A stretch of DNA of 64,000 bases from Candidatus Latescibacterota bacterium. GTDB lineage: Bacteria > Latescibacterota > UBA2968 > UBA8231. Position numbers and translations under genes: made by a program. The DNA is taken from positions 1,216,001 to 1,280,000 of the forward strand of contig CBDFJF010000001.1 of assembly GCA_965248265.1 (NCBI GenBank). Direction: 5' to 3'. Below are positions 1 to 10,382 of the stretch, piece after piece (position 1 is the stretch's first letter; every line of letters starts with the position of its first letter). A model generated the notes under the pieces. That model had not been told where the DNA came from, did no database searches, and saw only the letters and a list, made by a program, of their open reading frames with translations.

Positions 1-59
1 GACAAGCCCTGGACACCCGCGAACCCCCACCCGGGACGTATGCCACATGGTCAAAGTAG
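1..59 (+). CDS. 3' end of probable class II glutamine amidotransferase (GlxB/MgsA-like), partial
   Basis: Frame 3 reads QALDTREPPPGTYATWSK*, resembling the EPxPxxxYxW C-terminus of GlxB/MgsA; it overlaps the start of the GXGXG/FMN gene. Confidence 0.5.
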   Translation, partial: QALDTREPPPGTYATWSK

Positions 60-2008
60 ATCTCGCCGAAATCCCGGTGCGCCGGGCCAATGAGCTGATC
101 CGCGAACATGGAGAGGCCGGTGACAGCATCGAGGTCGTCAATCCGGACGCGCGGCATCACATCGGCGTCGGCCTGACCGCGCCCGTCGACGTGCACGTAC
201 ACGGCTCAGCCGGCTACTTCTGCGCCGGCCTGACTGACCAAGCGCGTTTCGAGGTCGACAACAATGCCGGTTGGGGCCTGGGCGACAACATGTACACGGG
301 GTCCGTGGTGGTACGCGGCAACGCCGGCGCCATCGCCGGGGTCGCCATCCGTGGCGCCGAAATCGTCGTCCACGGCAATATTGGATCAAGAGCCGGACAG
401 GTGATGAAAGCGGGGACTCTTTGTTGCGCCGGCAATGCCAACTTCATGGCCGGTTACATGATGTACGGTGGCCGCATCATCATCCTCGGAGACTCGGGCG
501 ACCGCGTCGGCGAAGACATGACGGGGGGTGAGATCTTCGTCGCCGGCGAGGTGCAACAGCTAGGCTCCGACGCCATGCAGACGGACATCTCCTCCGAGGA
601 ATTGGATGATATCCGCGCCTTTCTCGAGCGCTACCAGATCAACTTCAAGGGGTCGATTCAGAAAATCGTCAACGCCGGTCAGAAGCTGCGTTACAGCACC
701 CAGGAACCGCAGGTGCGCAGCCTGCCTTTTTTTACCTACTCCGCCGCGTCCGAATACTGGAATCAGAAGGTGCAGGAAGACATCCACATCAAGTCGCACA
801 GCGGCCGCTACCGCATCCGCGGTTACGGTGGGGCGCGACCGCTGCCTCACCTGGCTGACCTCGCCTTCCGCAAGGACCTGTCGGGTACGCAGGCCGATCT
901 GGACATCACCTCCAAGATTCGCATGTACACGGAGATCGGCGGCCTACACGGCGCCGAGCCACTGAAGCTTTCGATGCCAGTCATGATCGCGCCGATGAGC
1001 TACGGGGCCCTCAGCCGCTCGACGAAACAGGCGATCGCGATCGCCTCGGGCATGTCCGACATCGCCGAGAATACCGGCGAAGGTGGCATGAGTAGCGCCC
1101 AACGCGACGCCGCCAAGCAGCTAATCTTCCAGTGTCTGGGCGGACGCCTCGGCTGGAACATCCACGACATGAAACGAGCCGACGGCCTGGAGATCTACAT
1201 CTCACAGGGGGCCAAGCCCGGCCTCGGCGGCCAGCTGATGGCCAAGAAGGTGACGCCGGAACTGGCTGAGATCCGTGGCATCCCGGCCGGCATCGACCTG
1301 CGTTCCCCGTCGCGCCATCCCGACATCCTCGGAGCCGACGATCTGGTCATCAAGATCGAGGAATTCCGCGAGGCCACCGGCTATCGACTGCCCGTCAGCG
1401 TCAAGCTCGGCGCCGGTCGTGTGCGCGATGACATCAAGATCGCCGTCAAGGACGGCTTCGATTTCGTCGAGCTCGACGGCATGCAGGGCGCCACTGGAGC
1501 CGGCAGTTCGGAGGTCATCGACCATGTCGGCATTCCGACGTTGCCGGCCATCATCGAGGCTTTGGATGCATTGAACGAGATCGGACGCCGGCAGGACATC
1601 CAGATCGTCCTCATGGGCGGCCTGCGCGACGGCGTCGACGCCGTCAAGGCATTGTGCCTCGGAGCGGATGCCGCAGCCTTCGGAACGTCCGTGTTGATCG
1701 CCGGCGGTTGCATCGCCTGCATGCAGTGTCACGTCGGAACGTGCGTTACCGGCATCGCCACCCAGGATCCCGAACACGAGAAGCGTTACCAACCGCAGGA
1801 GGAGGCCCGCAACATCCATCGCTTCCTCGAAGTCGTGCGCTGGCAGATTGCCGCCATCACCGACGGGCTCGGTTACAGCGACGTCGCCGATCTATGCCGC
1901 GATGACCTGGTGGCGCTCACCCCCGACGCCGCCACCATCACCGGTTTGCCCTACGAGCCCGAGTTGCGCGATAGAGCACAGACACCCGTGCACAGGGAGG
2001 CCGTGTAA
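47..2008 (+). CDS. Glutamate-synthase-related fusion: GXGXG beta-helix (GlxC/MgsB-like) + FMN-binding barrel (GlxD/MgsC-like)
   Basis: N-terminal DARHHIGVG and GxxxG repeats; C-terminal APMSYGALS, NTGEGG, QGAKPGLGG, SPSRHPD, CIACMQCHVGTCVTGIATQDP. Confidence 0.85.
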   Translation: MVKVDLAEIPVRRANELIREHGEAGDSIEVVNPDARHHIGVGLTAPVDVHVHGSAGYFCAGLTDQARFEVDNNAGWGLGDNMYTGSVVVRGNAGAIAGVAIRGAEIVVHGNIGSRAGQVMKAGTLCCAGNANFMAGYMMYGGRIIILGDSGDRVGEDMTGGEIFVAGEVQQLGSDAMQTDISSEELDDIRAFLERYQINFKGSIQKIVNAGQKLRYSTQEPQVRSLPFFTYSAASEYWNQKVQEDIHIKSHSGRYRIRGYGGARPLPHLADLAFRKDLSGTQADLDITSKIRMYTEIGGLHGAEPLKLSMPVMIAPMSYGALSRSTKQAIAIASGMSDIAENTGEGGMSSAQRDAAKQLIFQCLGGRLGWNIHDMKRADGLEIYISQGAKPGLGGQLMAKKVTPELAEIRGIPAGIDLRSPSRHPDILGADDLVIKIEEFREATGYRLPVSVKLGAGRVRDDIKIAVKDGFDFVELDGMQGATGAGSSEVIDHVGIPTLPAIIEALDALNEIGRRQDIQIVLMGGLRDGVDAVKALCLGADAAAFGTSVLIAGGCIACMQCHVGTCVTGIATQDPEHEKRYQPQEEARNIHRFLEVVRWQIAAITDGLGYSDVADLCRDDLVALTPDAATITGLPYEPELRDRAQTPVHREAV

Positions 2009-4578
2009 TGGCCGTCTACGACCTGCACCGCATCGAAATGCCCGAGCCTCCGGAAGGAGCCTCCGATGACACGGCAGACTTCCACTTCGTGCCCGCCCCG
2101 TGCCAGGTCGCCTGTCCCGTAGGCACCGACGCACCTTCCTACATCGCCTTGATCTGGGAGGAAAAATACGAGGAGGCCTTTGAGGCCATCACTGCGACCA
2201 ATCCCTTCAGCTCCATCTGCGGCCGCGTCTGCGACGCTCCATGCGAACCCGCCTGCCGCCGCACCGACAGCGATGGCCCACTGCAGATCCGCAATCTCAA
2301 GCGCTTCGTCATGGACAAGGTCGGCCACTCCTACGACCCGGGACCCGTACCGGTCACGAGGGATCAGTCTATCGGGATAGTCGGATCGGGACCAGCCGGC
2401 CTCACGGCCGCCCACGACCTGTGCGCCGCTGGTTATGCCGTCGACGTCTACGAAAATAGCGACCGCGCTGGCGGCATGATGGTGTGGGGAATCCCCGCCT
2501 TTCGGCTGCCTCCCGGAATTATCGACGAAGACATCGACCGGCTCACGGGTAAATGCGAGGGTCTCAATATCCATCTCAACACGTCGCTCGGGCGCGACGT
2601 CACACTCGCGGAATTGAAAGAGCGTCACGATGCTGTCTTGCTCGCCATCGGGGCCTGGTGGGGCAAGCCCATGGGCATTCCGGGCGAAGAAGACGAGCGC
2701 GTCATCGACGGGGTTGGCTGGTTGCGAGAGATCAATGCTGGCGCCCGGCCTCAGCTACCCGAAACCGTCGTCGTCATTGGCGGTGGCGACGTGGCCATGG
2801 ATGCCTGCCGGGTGGCCAAACGCCTGCCGGGCTGCGATCACGTTAAGGTCCTCTACCGGCGCGGCCCGAACGAGATCCCGGCACGGCCTATCGAACTTGA
2901 GGGAGCTATAAAGGAGGGTGTCGAGTTCATCTACCATACGCAGCCGGTGGGTGTTGATTCAATGGAGCACGGCATCGCCCTTCGCTGTGTCGAGACCGAA
3001 CTCGGCGAGCCCGGCGAAGACGGCCGGCGGCAACCGGTCCTGGTGAAAGGGAGCGAGCACATCGTCGAGTGTGGCATGGTCATCGCCTCCGTCGGCCAGA
3101 AGGGGGTTTGCGAGGAGCTGGACCAACTCGGCATGATGCAGCCCGACCGGGTGCGGGCGGAATTCAACTCGATGCGCACGGAAGATCCCCAGGTCTTCGC
3201 GGCCGGCGACGGCGCCTTCGGCGGATCCACCATCGTCATGGCAATGCATCACGGACAGCGAGCCGCCTACTACATCAAGGCCTTCCTGGAGGGCAACGAG
3301 TCACCAATTCCGTACCGAACCCCATACCGGACCCGCCGGGTTGAGGTGGCCCAGGACATGATGTGGGAGCGATTAGCTGTCCAGCACCCCGAATTCCTCG
3401 GCCTCGGCAAGGAACCGGTGAAATTTCCGGAAATCGAGACCACCTACGATGATGAGACCGCGCGCAACGAGGCCGCTCGATGCTACCGCTGTGACGCCGA
3501 GACCGGCACGCCCGACTACTCGGTCCGCCACCGCGAAGATCTGTTCTCGATGGCGCGGACCAATCCGGCTGATCGAGAAAAAAAGGCAGCCATGCTGCAG
3601 CGGCGCCTGATCCCGCGGGACAACCCGTTTCCGGACGAGCGTCCGCCCCAGCTCGAAGACCTGGTGTTTTTGCCGGCCAACCTGTCTCGCCTCGTCATCG
3701 ACCCGTACCGGGAGGCCTGCCGCGCCGAATTCACTCTCGGCGGCCAGCTGACCCTTGAGCATCCCTTCCTCGCCACCGGATTCGACCAGGCTCCGGAGCA
3801 GATCAGGGAAGCAGTAGCACAGGGTCTGGCGCCCGATCAAACACCTTACCTGGGCATGCAGCCGCCATCGTCACAGACTCCGGTCCCCTGGTTGCAGCTG
3901 GTGAGTCCGAGCGGACTTGCGCCTGCGGCAGAGGCGGTCGGCTTGGTGCAGGTTGTTGGGGATGAATTTGAACCCATGAACCTCAAGCCCCTGCACGAAA
4001 ACCAATTGCTGGGACTCGTCGTGTCCTCCTCAGCTACCGTTGAGGAAGCGGTTGCCTTTGCCCTGGATCGGGATTACCACCTGCTGGTTCTCGACGGCTC
4101 AGGCGGTCTGGGGACAGATCGCCTGCCTGCCGATGGCCCGTCGGCCGATCAGAAGTGGCCCGAACTGTCCGGCGCTCCAGATCTTACTCTGCTGCGCGAC
4201 ACCGTTGCCACGCTTCGCCAGCTCGGGCGCGAGGAGGAGATCGACCTTGTGCATTTTGGGGGCGTGCGCTCTGGTACGGACGCCGCCAAGCTCGTGGGGT
4301 TGGGTGCCGTAGCGATGGTGATGGGAGTGACCCTGGGTCTGGCAGCCGGGGGCCGCATCGACGATGACACCATCGTCTTTGATTCTGATCTGAGCACGGC
4401 CGAACGGGCCGAGGCGATCGCCAATATCATCAAGGCCGGCACCGGAGAGGCCACCATGATGGCGCGCTGCACCGGTAAGACCGACCTGCACAACATCGAG
4501 CCCGAGGATCTACGAGCCCTGACCCTGGCCACTTCACAGAGCACGGCCATTCCCGTGGCCGGCACCCGTCCCGCCTGA
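2008..4578 (+). CDS. GltD/DPD-like FeS flavoprotein fused to a degenerate glutamate-synthase FMN barrel
   Basis: APCQVACP, ICGRVCDAPCEPAC, GSGPAGL, VIGGGDVAMD, EAARCYRC; C-terminal GGVRSGTDAAKL; ATG overlaps the upstream stop. Confidence 0.8.
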   Translation: MAVYDLHRIEMPEPPEGASDDTADFHFVPAPCQVACPVGTDAPSYIALIWEEKYEEAFEAITATNPFSSICGRVCDAPCEPACRRTDSDGPLQIRNLKRFVMDKVGHSYDPGPVPVTRDQSIGIVGSGPAGLTAAHDLCAAGYAVDVYENSDRAGGMMVWGIPAFRLPPGIIDEDIDRLTGKCEGLNIHLNTSLGRDVTLAELKERHDAVLLAIGAWWGKPMGIPGEEDERVIDGVGWLREINAGARPQLPETVVVIGGGDVAMDACRVAKRLPGCDHVKVLYRRGPNEIPARPIELEGAIKEGVEFIYHTQPVGVDSMEHGIALRCVETELGEPGEDGRRQPVLVKGSEHIVECGMVIASVGQKGVCEELDQLGMMQPDRVRAEFNSMRTEDPQVFAAGDGAFGGSTIVMAMHHGQRAAYYIKAFLEGNESPIPYRTPYRTRRVEVAQDMMWERLAVQHPEFLGLGKEPVKFPEIETTYDDETARNEAARCYRCDAETGTPDYSVRHREDLFSMARTNPADREKKAAMLQRRLIPRDNPFPDERPPQLEDLVFLPANLSRLVIDPYREACRAEFTLGGQLTLEHPFLATGFDQAPEQIREAVAQGLAPDQTPYLGMQPPSSQTPVPWLQLVSPSGLAPAAEAVGLVQVVGDEFEPMNLKPLHENQLLGLVVSSSATVEEAVAFALDRDYHLLVLDGSGGLGTDRLPADGPSADQKWPELSGAPDLTLLRDTVATLRQLGREEEIDLVHFGGVRSGTDAAKLVGLGAVAMVMGVTLGLAAGGRIDDDTIVFDSDLSTAERAEAIANIIKAGTGEATMMARCTGKTDLHNIEPEDLRALTLATSQSTAIPVAGTRPA

Positions 4579-4582
4579 GCCC

Positions 4583-6730
4583 TCACACAGCCGTCACCTG
4601 AGCCTTGCCGTTGGTGTCAAAGGCCAGCACGTCCATCGGGCACACGTCGATGCAGATGCCACAATGGATACAGCTGGAGTTGGCATTGTCGAACGACTGC
4701 TGATTCTTCGCGAACGACATCACGTCGACGCCAACCTGACAGAACTTCGAACACTCGGCACAGGAGATGCATTTGTCGTTCGAGGTAATCTTGAGCTTGC
4801 CGTACCACTTCGACAGGATCTGGTTGTAGGCAGCCAGAGGACACCAGTAGCGACACCAGATCTTGCCGCCGAAGAATGGGTACAGCGCGATCGGAATCAC
4901 GGCTACCAGCCAGAAATCGACGAGATAGCTGTAAGCCTGCCACCAGGGATTGTTACCATCCGTCTCGTACAGACCGACGACCACCAGACAGATGATGACG
5001 CTGGCATAGAGCACGGCCACCGACTGGAATTCCCACGATCGCGACCGCTGTCCCTTGGGCGCCAGGTGCCGCCAGCGATCGCCGAGTGTTTCCGCCAACC
5101 CACCACAACCACACACCCAGGTACAGAAGCGCTTGCCGTGGTTGCGTGAGAGGATCGGGATGGCGACCAGCGTCCCCAGTACACCCGCTCCGATGAAGAA
5201 CACGGCGATCCACATCGGATCTTCCGGGTACCACCAGAAGAACGTGTTGAAGAACAGGGGAAAAGGCTGGTAGAGCCCCCAGGCCCGCCAGGCGTATTTG
5301 ACGCTGACCGCCTGCACGGCGATGACGTTGACGATCAGGAAGAACGCGAGCTGAAAAGAAATCAGAGAAGTGTAACGCCAGGTCTGATAGCGACCGTCCC
5401 GCGCCTTGCCGCGCCAGCGGATCAGCGCTTCGTACCCGAAAACAGCCATGGCGAGCGTGTAGAGCAGGCTGTAGAGATATCCCTGCTGATAGCCACGATC
5501 TCCCTGAAGATCAGCTATCGCCTCACTCGAAAACAACCAGGCAAAGGGAGCGAAGAACACGTCGAACATCGACCGCAGGGCGCCGTCGTACGCCGACACC
5601 TCGATCAGCTGCTGGTACGGCCAGGCCGCCAACCCTTTACCGTAGCTCTTGAGGGAGTAGAGCGAATAGACCAGCAGGAAGGCGCCGGTCAAAAACGCAT
5701 ACTTCCGGAGGTCCCATTCGTTGTTGAGCCTGATGCCGATAGCCTTGAAGAAGCCTAACGGCAGCTCAGCGCCGATCATCTCGAATAGGGTGTTGCTTTT
5801 GATCTTCTCCCTCTGACCTCCTGACAGAGCAATCTCCAGCGAATCGACATCGACGGATTCGACCCGCGACTCCAGCAGAATACGCAGCTTGCCCTCGGCC
5901 TCGAGCGCACGCACTGCATCGACATTGCGCATTTTCGGAAAAGTCAGCTCCTTGTCGATGGCCGACAACGTAACCGTGTTGGTCGGGTCATTGGCCAGGG
6001 CGATTGCTGCCTCGCAGGCTACGTCTCCTGCTCCGACGATGGTGATGTGCTCGTCGTGAAAATCGTCGGCATCGAGTAGCCGATGGTGAATGCGCCCTGC
6101 GTTCTCCTTCTCCCCGGGCACTTCTAATTTTCTCGGATTGCCCGCCTTGCCCAGCGCCAACACCACTCTGCGGGTGCGGTACTGCCCGCTGTCGCTGATC
6201 ACTTCGAAATTGTCGATATCCCCCTTGATATCCAGCACTTTTTCGTGCTCGTGGATCTCGAGCTTTTCCTCGGCGACCATGCCCCGCCAGCGTTCGAGCA
6301 GCTCCTCTTTCGTGCACTCCTCGAACCAGACCCGAGAGCGATTGTCGACATCGAGTGGCTCGGCGAAGAGCCATTTGCCCTTCATCATCGTCACAAAGGT
6401 GTTGGCAAAGGCTGCCGCGTCGAGGGCTACATAGCGCAAATTCTGATCGGCCGCAGCAACCGTGGCGGCCAAACCCGAGCTCCCCGCGCCGATGATGACG
6501 ACGTCGTAGAGGTCGGCGACCGCGCCACTTTCAGCCTGCAACAGCGGTCCGATCTGCTGCATCAGATCGTGACCCGCGTTCAGGCCCAATTTGACCAGTG
6601 GTGTCCCAGCCAGCTCCCCGACCACGTAAATGCCGGGGATATTCGACTGGCCGTCACTTTCTACCTGGGGTAGGACCGGGTAGGAGGGCTCTGGGGCCTT
6701 GGGGGCGAAAAGGGAGGCTGTAGCCGGCAT
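4583..6730 (-). CDS. Thioredoxin-reductase-like NAD(P)/FAD oxidoreductase fused to a polytopic membrane 4Fe-4S domain
   Basis: IIGAGSSG, IVGAGDVA, several TM helices, CTWVCGCG, WCRYWCP, CISCAECSKFC, CIHCGICIDVCP. Confidence 0.8.
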   Translation of the reverse strand: MPATASLFAPKAPEPSYPVLPQVESDGQSNIPGIYVVGELAGTPLVKLGLNAGHDLMQQIGPLLQAESGAVADLYDVVIIGAGSSGLAATVAAADQNLRYVALDAAAFANTFVTMMKGKWLFAEPLDVDNRSRVWFEECTKEELLERWRGMVAEEKLEIHEHEKVLDIKGDIDNFEVISDSGQYRTRRVVLALGKAGNPRKLEVPGEKENAGRIHHRLLDADDFHDEHITIVGAGDVACEAAIALANDPTNTVTLSAIDKELTFPKMRNVDAVRALEAEGKLRILLESRVESVDVDSLEIALSGGQREKIKSNTLFEMIGAELPLGFFKAIGIRLNNEWDLRKYAFLTGAFLLVYSLYSLKSYGKGLAAWPYQQLIEVSAYDGALRSMFDVFFAPFAWLFSSEAIADLQGDRGYQQGYLYSLLYTLAMAVFGYEALIRWRGKARDGRYQTWRYTSLISFQLAFFLIVNVIAVQAVSVKYAWRAWGLYQPFPLFFNTFFWWYPEDPMWIAVFFIGAGVLGTLVAIPILSRNHGKRFCTWVCGCGGLAETLGDRWRHLAPKGQRSRSWEFQSVAVLYASVIICLVVVGLYETDGNNPWWQAYSYLVDFWLVAVIPIALYPFFGGKIWCRYWCPLAAYNQILSKWYGKLKITSNDKCISCAECSKFCQVGVDVMSFAKNQQSFDNANSSCIHCGICIDVCPMDVLAFDTNGKAQVTAV

Positions 6731-7022
6731 TGTTGACTGTCTCGGAATGAGTGTGGCTTTGGCTGGCTCAGTAGATTGGATTCAAGGGACAGCCATGGGG
6801 ATTCAGCACGAAGTTATTCGAACTCGATTGACCCTCAGCGATGGTAAATGTCTTACCTCCTGAGCACAATGCCCCATACTGTCGGCGGTGCCGGCTTGGT
6901 CGAGCGAAACTTGCCAAATCCCGTCGTCAACCTTAAGCTGCAGACAGCAGGCCTCGGGGTGGTATCGGTATACGCCGCGCAGAGACCGGCCACCCATGGC
7001 TTCTCCCCCTGATGTAACTCGC

Positions 7023-8091
7023 TAGTGCTCTGTTAAGAAATCGAGCTTGTACTTTGTCGTAAGTCGTGGTATCATGGATACATATGGTGAATCCTTCAGG
7101 AGGGTGATGCTATGTGTCTCCATGCTCGTTCGCCGAACGCGGCGGAGTCTAAGGAACTGGGACGGTGGCTGAAACGGCCTCGCAACGCCGTGCAGATGCG
7201 CCGTGGGCAGTTGATCTCGTTCAGCGCCCAGGGCATGCGCGTCCAGGAGATCTCGGATACACTGCATCTGCATGAGGAGTACGTTCGCCAGTTGATCCGC
7301 CAGTACAACGAAGGGGGATTGACGGTTTTGCGCACTCGGGCACGTCCGGGGCGTCGTTGCGCAAGCTGACTGACTGCCTGGTGGGACGGCAGATGATTCC
7401 CGAGGTTTCGCATGTGACCATCGGAAAAATCCTGGATCAACATAAGGTTACCTATCAACGGACGCGCACCTGGAAAGAATCAAAGGACCCGGAGTTTGTC
7501 TCTAAAAAAAACGCATCAACCGACTCTACAAGCGGGCGCCGAAAGACACGGTCGTAGTCTGTTTCGACGAACTGGGACCAGTCCAGATCAAGCCGCATGC
7601 CGGTGCTTCCTGGGCCCCACACAAGCGCCCGGTCCGGCATCGGGCAACCTATAGCCGCCACGGCGGCGTCAGCTATTTCTTTGGAGCCTATAACGTCCAT
7701 GAGGACATCCTGTGGATGCATCACAAACCCAAGAAACACGCGTCGGTCGTACTCGATTTCCTCAAGGCCATTCGGCTCCGCTATCGCACGGCGAAGCGGA
7801 TCTATGTCGTCATGGATAATCTGTCGACGCACAAGACACCGCCGATCTTGCAGTGGTGCCGACGAAACCGGGTCTCGCCGGTCTTCACCGCCACCAACGC
7901 GTCATGGATGAATCGGCTCGAATGTCACCTCACGGCAGCCCATTACTTCGTCATCAAAAACAGCGATCCCAACGATCATCGAGAAGTCGGCCAGCGCATG
8001 CAGGAGTACCTGAGGTGGCGAAACAAGAACACCGACAACGCCAAGCTGGCCAAAGTCCAAAACTCAATGCCCACTCTTTAACAGAGCACTA
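7023..8091 (+). mobile_element. IS630-family insertion sequence, internally deleted
   Basis: Perfect inverted ends TAGTGCTCTGTTAA (7023) and TTAACAGAGCACTA (8078-8091) with TA at both termini; IS630 transposase inside. Confidence 0.92.
7112..8081 (+). pseudogene. IS630 transposase in three frames (HTH; WKESKDP segment; DDE domain)
   Basis: HTH 7112-7369; TYQRTRTWKESKDPEF; A8 run at 7504-7511 with a -1 shift into KRINRLY..VCFDELGP; VMDNLSTHK and NASWMNRLE; a frame break near 7355 removes the usual linker. Confidence 0.85.
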
Positions 8092-8930
8092 GCGCCGCGG
8101 CCCCAGCGGCGATAGTTGGCTTCTCCAGCGATCCACTATATTTGTTTTGAGATCGAGCCACGGACATCACGTCGGCATTTCGATGTGGTCTAATCCGCGC
8201 GGCACACGTGGTCAGCGCGAGGTCCTGAAGGGCATTGTAAATGTCGTCCTCATGCGGGTAGTCTCAAGTTTGAGCAGATACGTTCTGATTGCTCCAGCGT
8301 ACGGACACACGGTTCTATCATCAAACGCCTCTGATCGACCTTCTGGTAGCCAAAGGTATGCGTGCAGATTGTTCCGTCTTGCTACCTCATATTAGCGTTG
8401 CATAGCCCGCAGACTATCACACTCGGGCCGGCGCCATTGTGCGCGCACCCACCGTCTGGAGGATATGGGCGATCCATGCACAACCGGGGCTCGAGTCATT
8501 ATATGCTCGAATCAATTTGGGGGGTTATTATTGGCGAGGAGGGGGGACTTTGAGTGCACCTGACAGCAATCCTACGGAATCTGGAATGAGTTGGCCTCAG
8601 AGTGCGACCGCTCGCAACGATGGGAATAAGTTGCCGCCCAAGGCAAAGAATGCTCCGATTCGTATCGCGAAGGAATGTGCAGGAAGTGAGCGCCCGCTGG
8701 TCTGTATTTTGCCTGATGGATAGTAAAGAGATCGTCAGAAGAGTGGAACATTGCCGGGAACATCCTGCAGGATGAGAACCTGCAGCTTGAGCTGTTGCAC
8801 GTAATAACGAGAGAAATAGCGGTTCAACCCGTTGTGGAGATGCTGCAGAAGTCGACCATCGCCCTACCTTGTTTAGTGGGTGGACGCTAGTCGCGTTTGC
8901 GATGTCGTCGCGCAGTCAATCGGAAAATAG

Positions 8931-10382
8931 ATGAGCGAAATTTTCATACACGAATCGGCAGAGGTGGCGCCGGATGTCAGCATCGGCGAGGGCACTAAAA
9001 TCTGGGTCAACGCCCAGATCCGAGAGGAAGTTACGGTGGGATCCGCTTGCGTGATCAGCAAAGACACCTACATCGACAAGGGTGTCTGCATCGGTAGCGG
9101 CGTCAAAATACAGAACGGAGCTTCCATCTATGCCGGCGTGACCCTGCAAGACCTCGTTTTCGTAGGGCCGAACGCCACCTTCACCAATGACAAGCTGCCA
9201 CGGGCTTTCAAGGAAGACTGGCACATCACGCCAACCGTCGTCAAAGAGGGCGCGAGTATTGGTGCCAACGCCACGATCGTCTGCGGCGTAACGATCGGTG
9301 AGTACGCGATGGTTGCTGCCGGCAGTGTTGTAACCAAGGACGTCGCTCCGTATTCACTCGTTATGGGCAATCCGGCACGTCATTTGAACTATGTCGATTC
9401 CTCCGGCGCGCGCAGGGAAAATCGCGCTGGAGAAAATGAAGTGGTTCGCTTCGGACTGATCGGACTCGGCAACATGGGAGAAAATCACCTCCGTATTCTC
9501 TCGCTGTTGAAGTCCGTGCATATGTCGTTTATCTACGATATAGACCAGCCACGGACCGCAGAGTTGGCCGCCGAGTACGATGTGACAGCCACCAATCAAC
9601 TGGACCGGGAACTGGACACGATCGACGCCTTGGTCATCGCCTCGCCGACCTCAACGCACTTCGACTATATCGAGATGGCTTCCCCCCATCTCAAGTATCT
9701 CTTCGTGGAGAAACCGTTGACCGATCAAGTCGAGACGTCCGAGGCGGTTTGCAAACTCGCGGAATCGAATGGAATCGCAGTCCAAGTGGGCTTTATCGAG
9801 CGCTTCAACCCCGCTGTGATCGCCCTGAAACGCCTTGTAGAAAACAGCAAGCGAATCATCAATGTGGACTTCACCCGTACCAACAAGCTCAGTCGGCGCA
9901 TAACGGATGTCGATGTAATCAGCGATCTGATGATTCACGACATCGATCTGGCTTGCTACTTCAATGGCCCTGTCGCCGAAGTCGAGGCTTACGGCACGGT
10001 GGAGAGAGGAAGTATCGCTTTTGCACGCGCCACGCTTTATCACGAAAACGGAACTTTTTCTAGTCTGACAGCAAGTCGTATAACGGACAAGCGCATTCGC
10101 CAGATCACGGTAACCAGTGAAGACGGCTTCGTCGACTGCAACCTGCTCCGCAAGGAGGTGCTGGTGACCAGACAATCTGTGGAACAGGCGAACCGTGAGC
10201 CGTCGATTGCGGCTACCGAGGAAACCATCGACGTGCGCCCGCAGGAGCCATTGCTCAGTGAACTCGTCCACTTCGCACAGCTGTGCCAGGGCCATGATGT
10301 GATTGTTCCGAACGCGCGGGACGGGTTGGCGACAAATCGCATCGCTGAGCGCGTTAGGGATGGAATCGAGGAGCGGCTGTGA
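8931..10382 (+). CDS. Hexapeptide N-acetyltransferase (WbpD/WlbB-like) fused to a Gfo/Idh/MocA dehydrogenase (WbpB/WlbA-like)
   Basis: IGEGTKIW, VFVGPNATFTND, GASIGANATIVCG, GNPAR; then GLIGLGNMG, VEKPL, ERFNPA, DLMIHDID. Confidence 0.85.
   Translation: MSEIFIHESAEVAPDVSIGEGTKIWVNAQIREEVTVGSACVISKDTYIDKGVCIGSGVKIQNGASIYAGVTLQDLVFVGPNATFTNDKLPRAFKEDWHITPTVVKEGASIGANATIVCGVTIGEYAMVAAGSVVTKDVAPYSLVMGNPARHLNYVDSSGARRENRAGENEVVRFGLIGLGNMGENHLRILSLLKSVHMSFIYDIDQPRTAELAAEYDVTATNQLDRELDTIDALVIASPTSTHFDYIEMASPHLKYLFVEKPLTDQVETSEAVCKLAESNGIAVQVGFIERFNPAVIALKRLVENSKRIINVDFTRTNKLSRRITDVDVISDLMIHDIDLACYFNGPVAEVEAYGTVERGSIAFARATLYHENGTFSSLTASRITDKRIRQITVTSEDGFVDCNLLRKEVLVTRQSVEQANREPSIAATEETIDVRPQEPLLSELVHFAQLCQGHDVIVPNARDGLATNRIAERVRDGIEERL

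Noticed and set aside
8100-8930. Short ORFs between the IS630 and the glycan locus
   Set aside because: No recognisable motifs or RBS; they look like degenerate intergenic DNA
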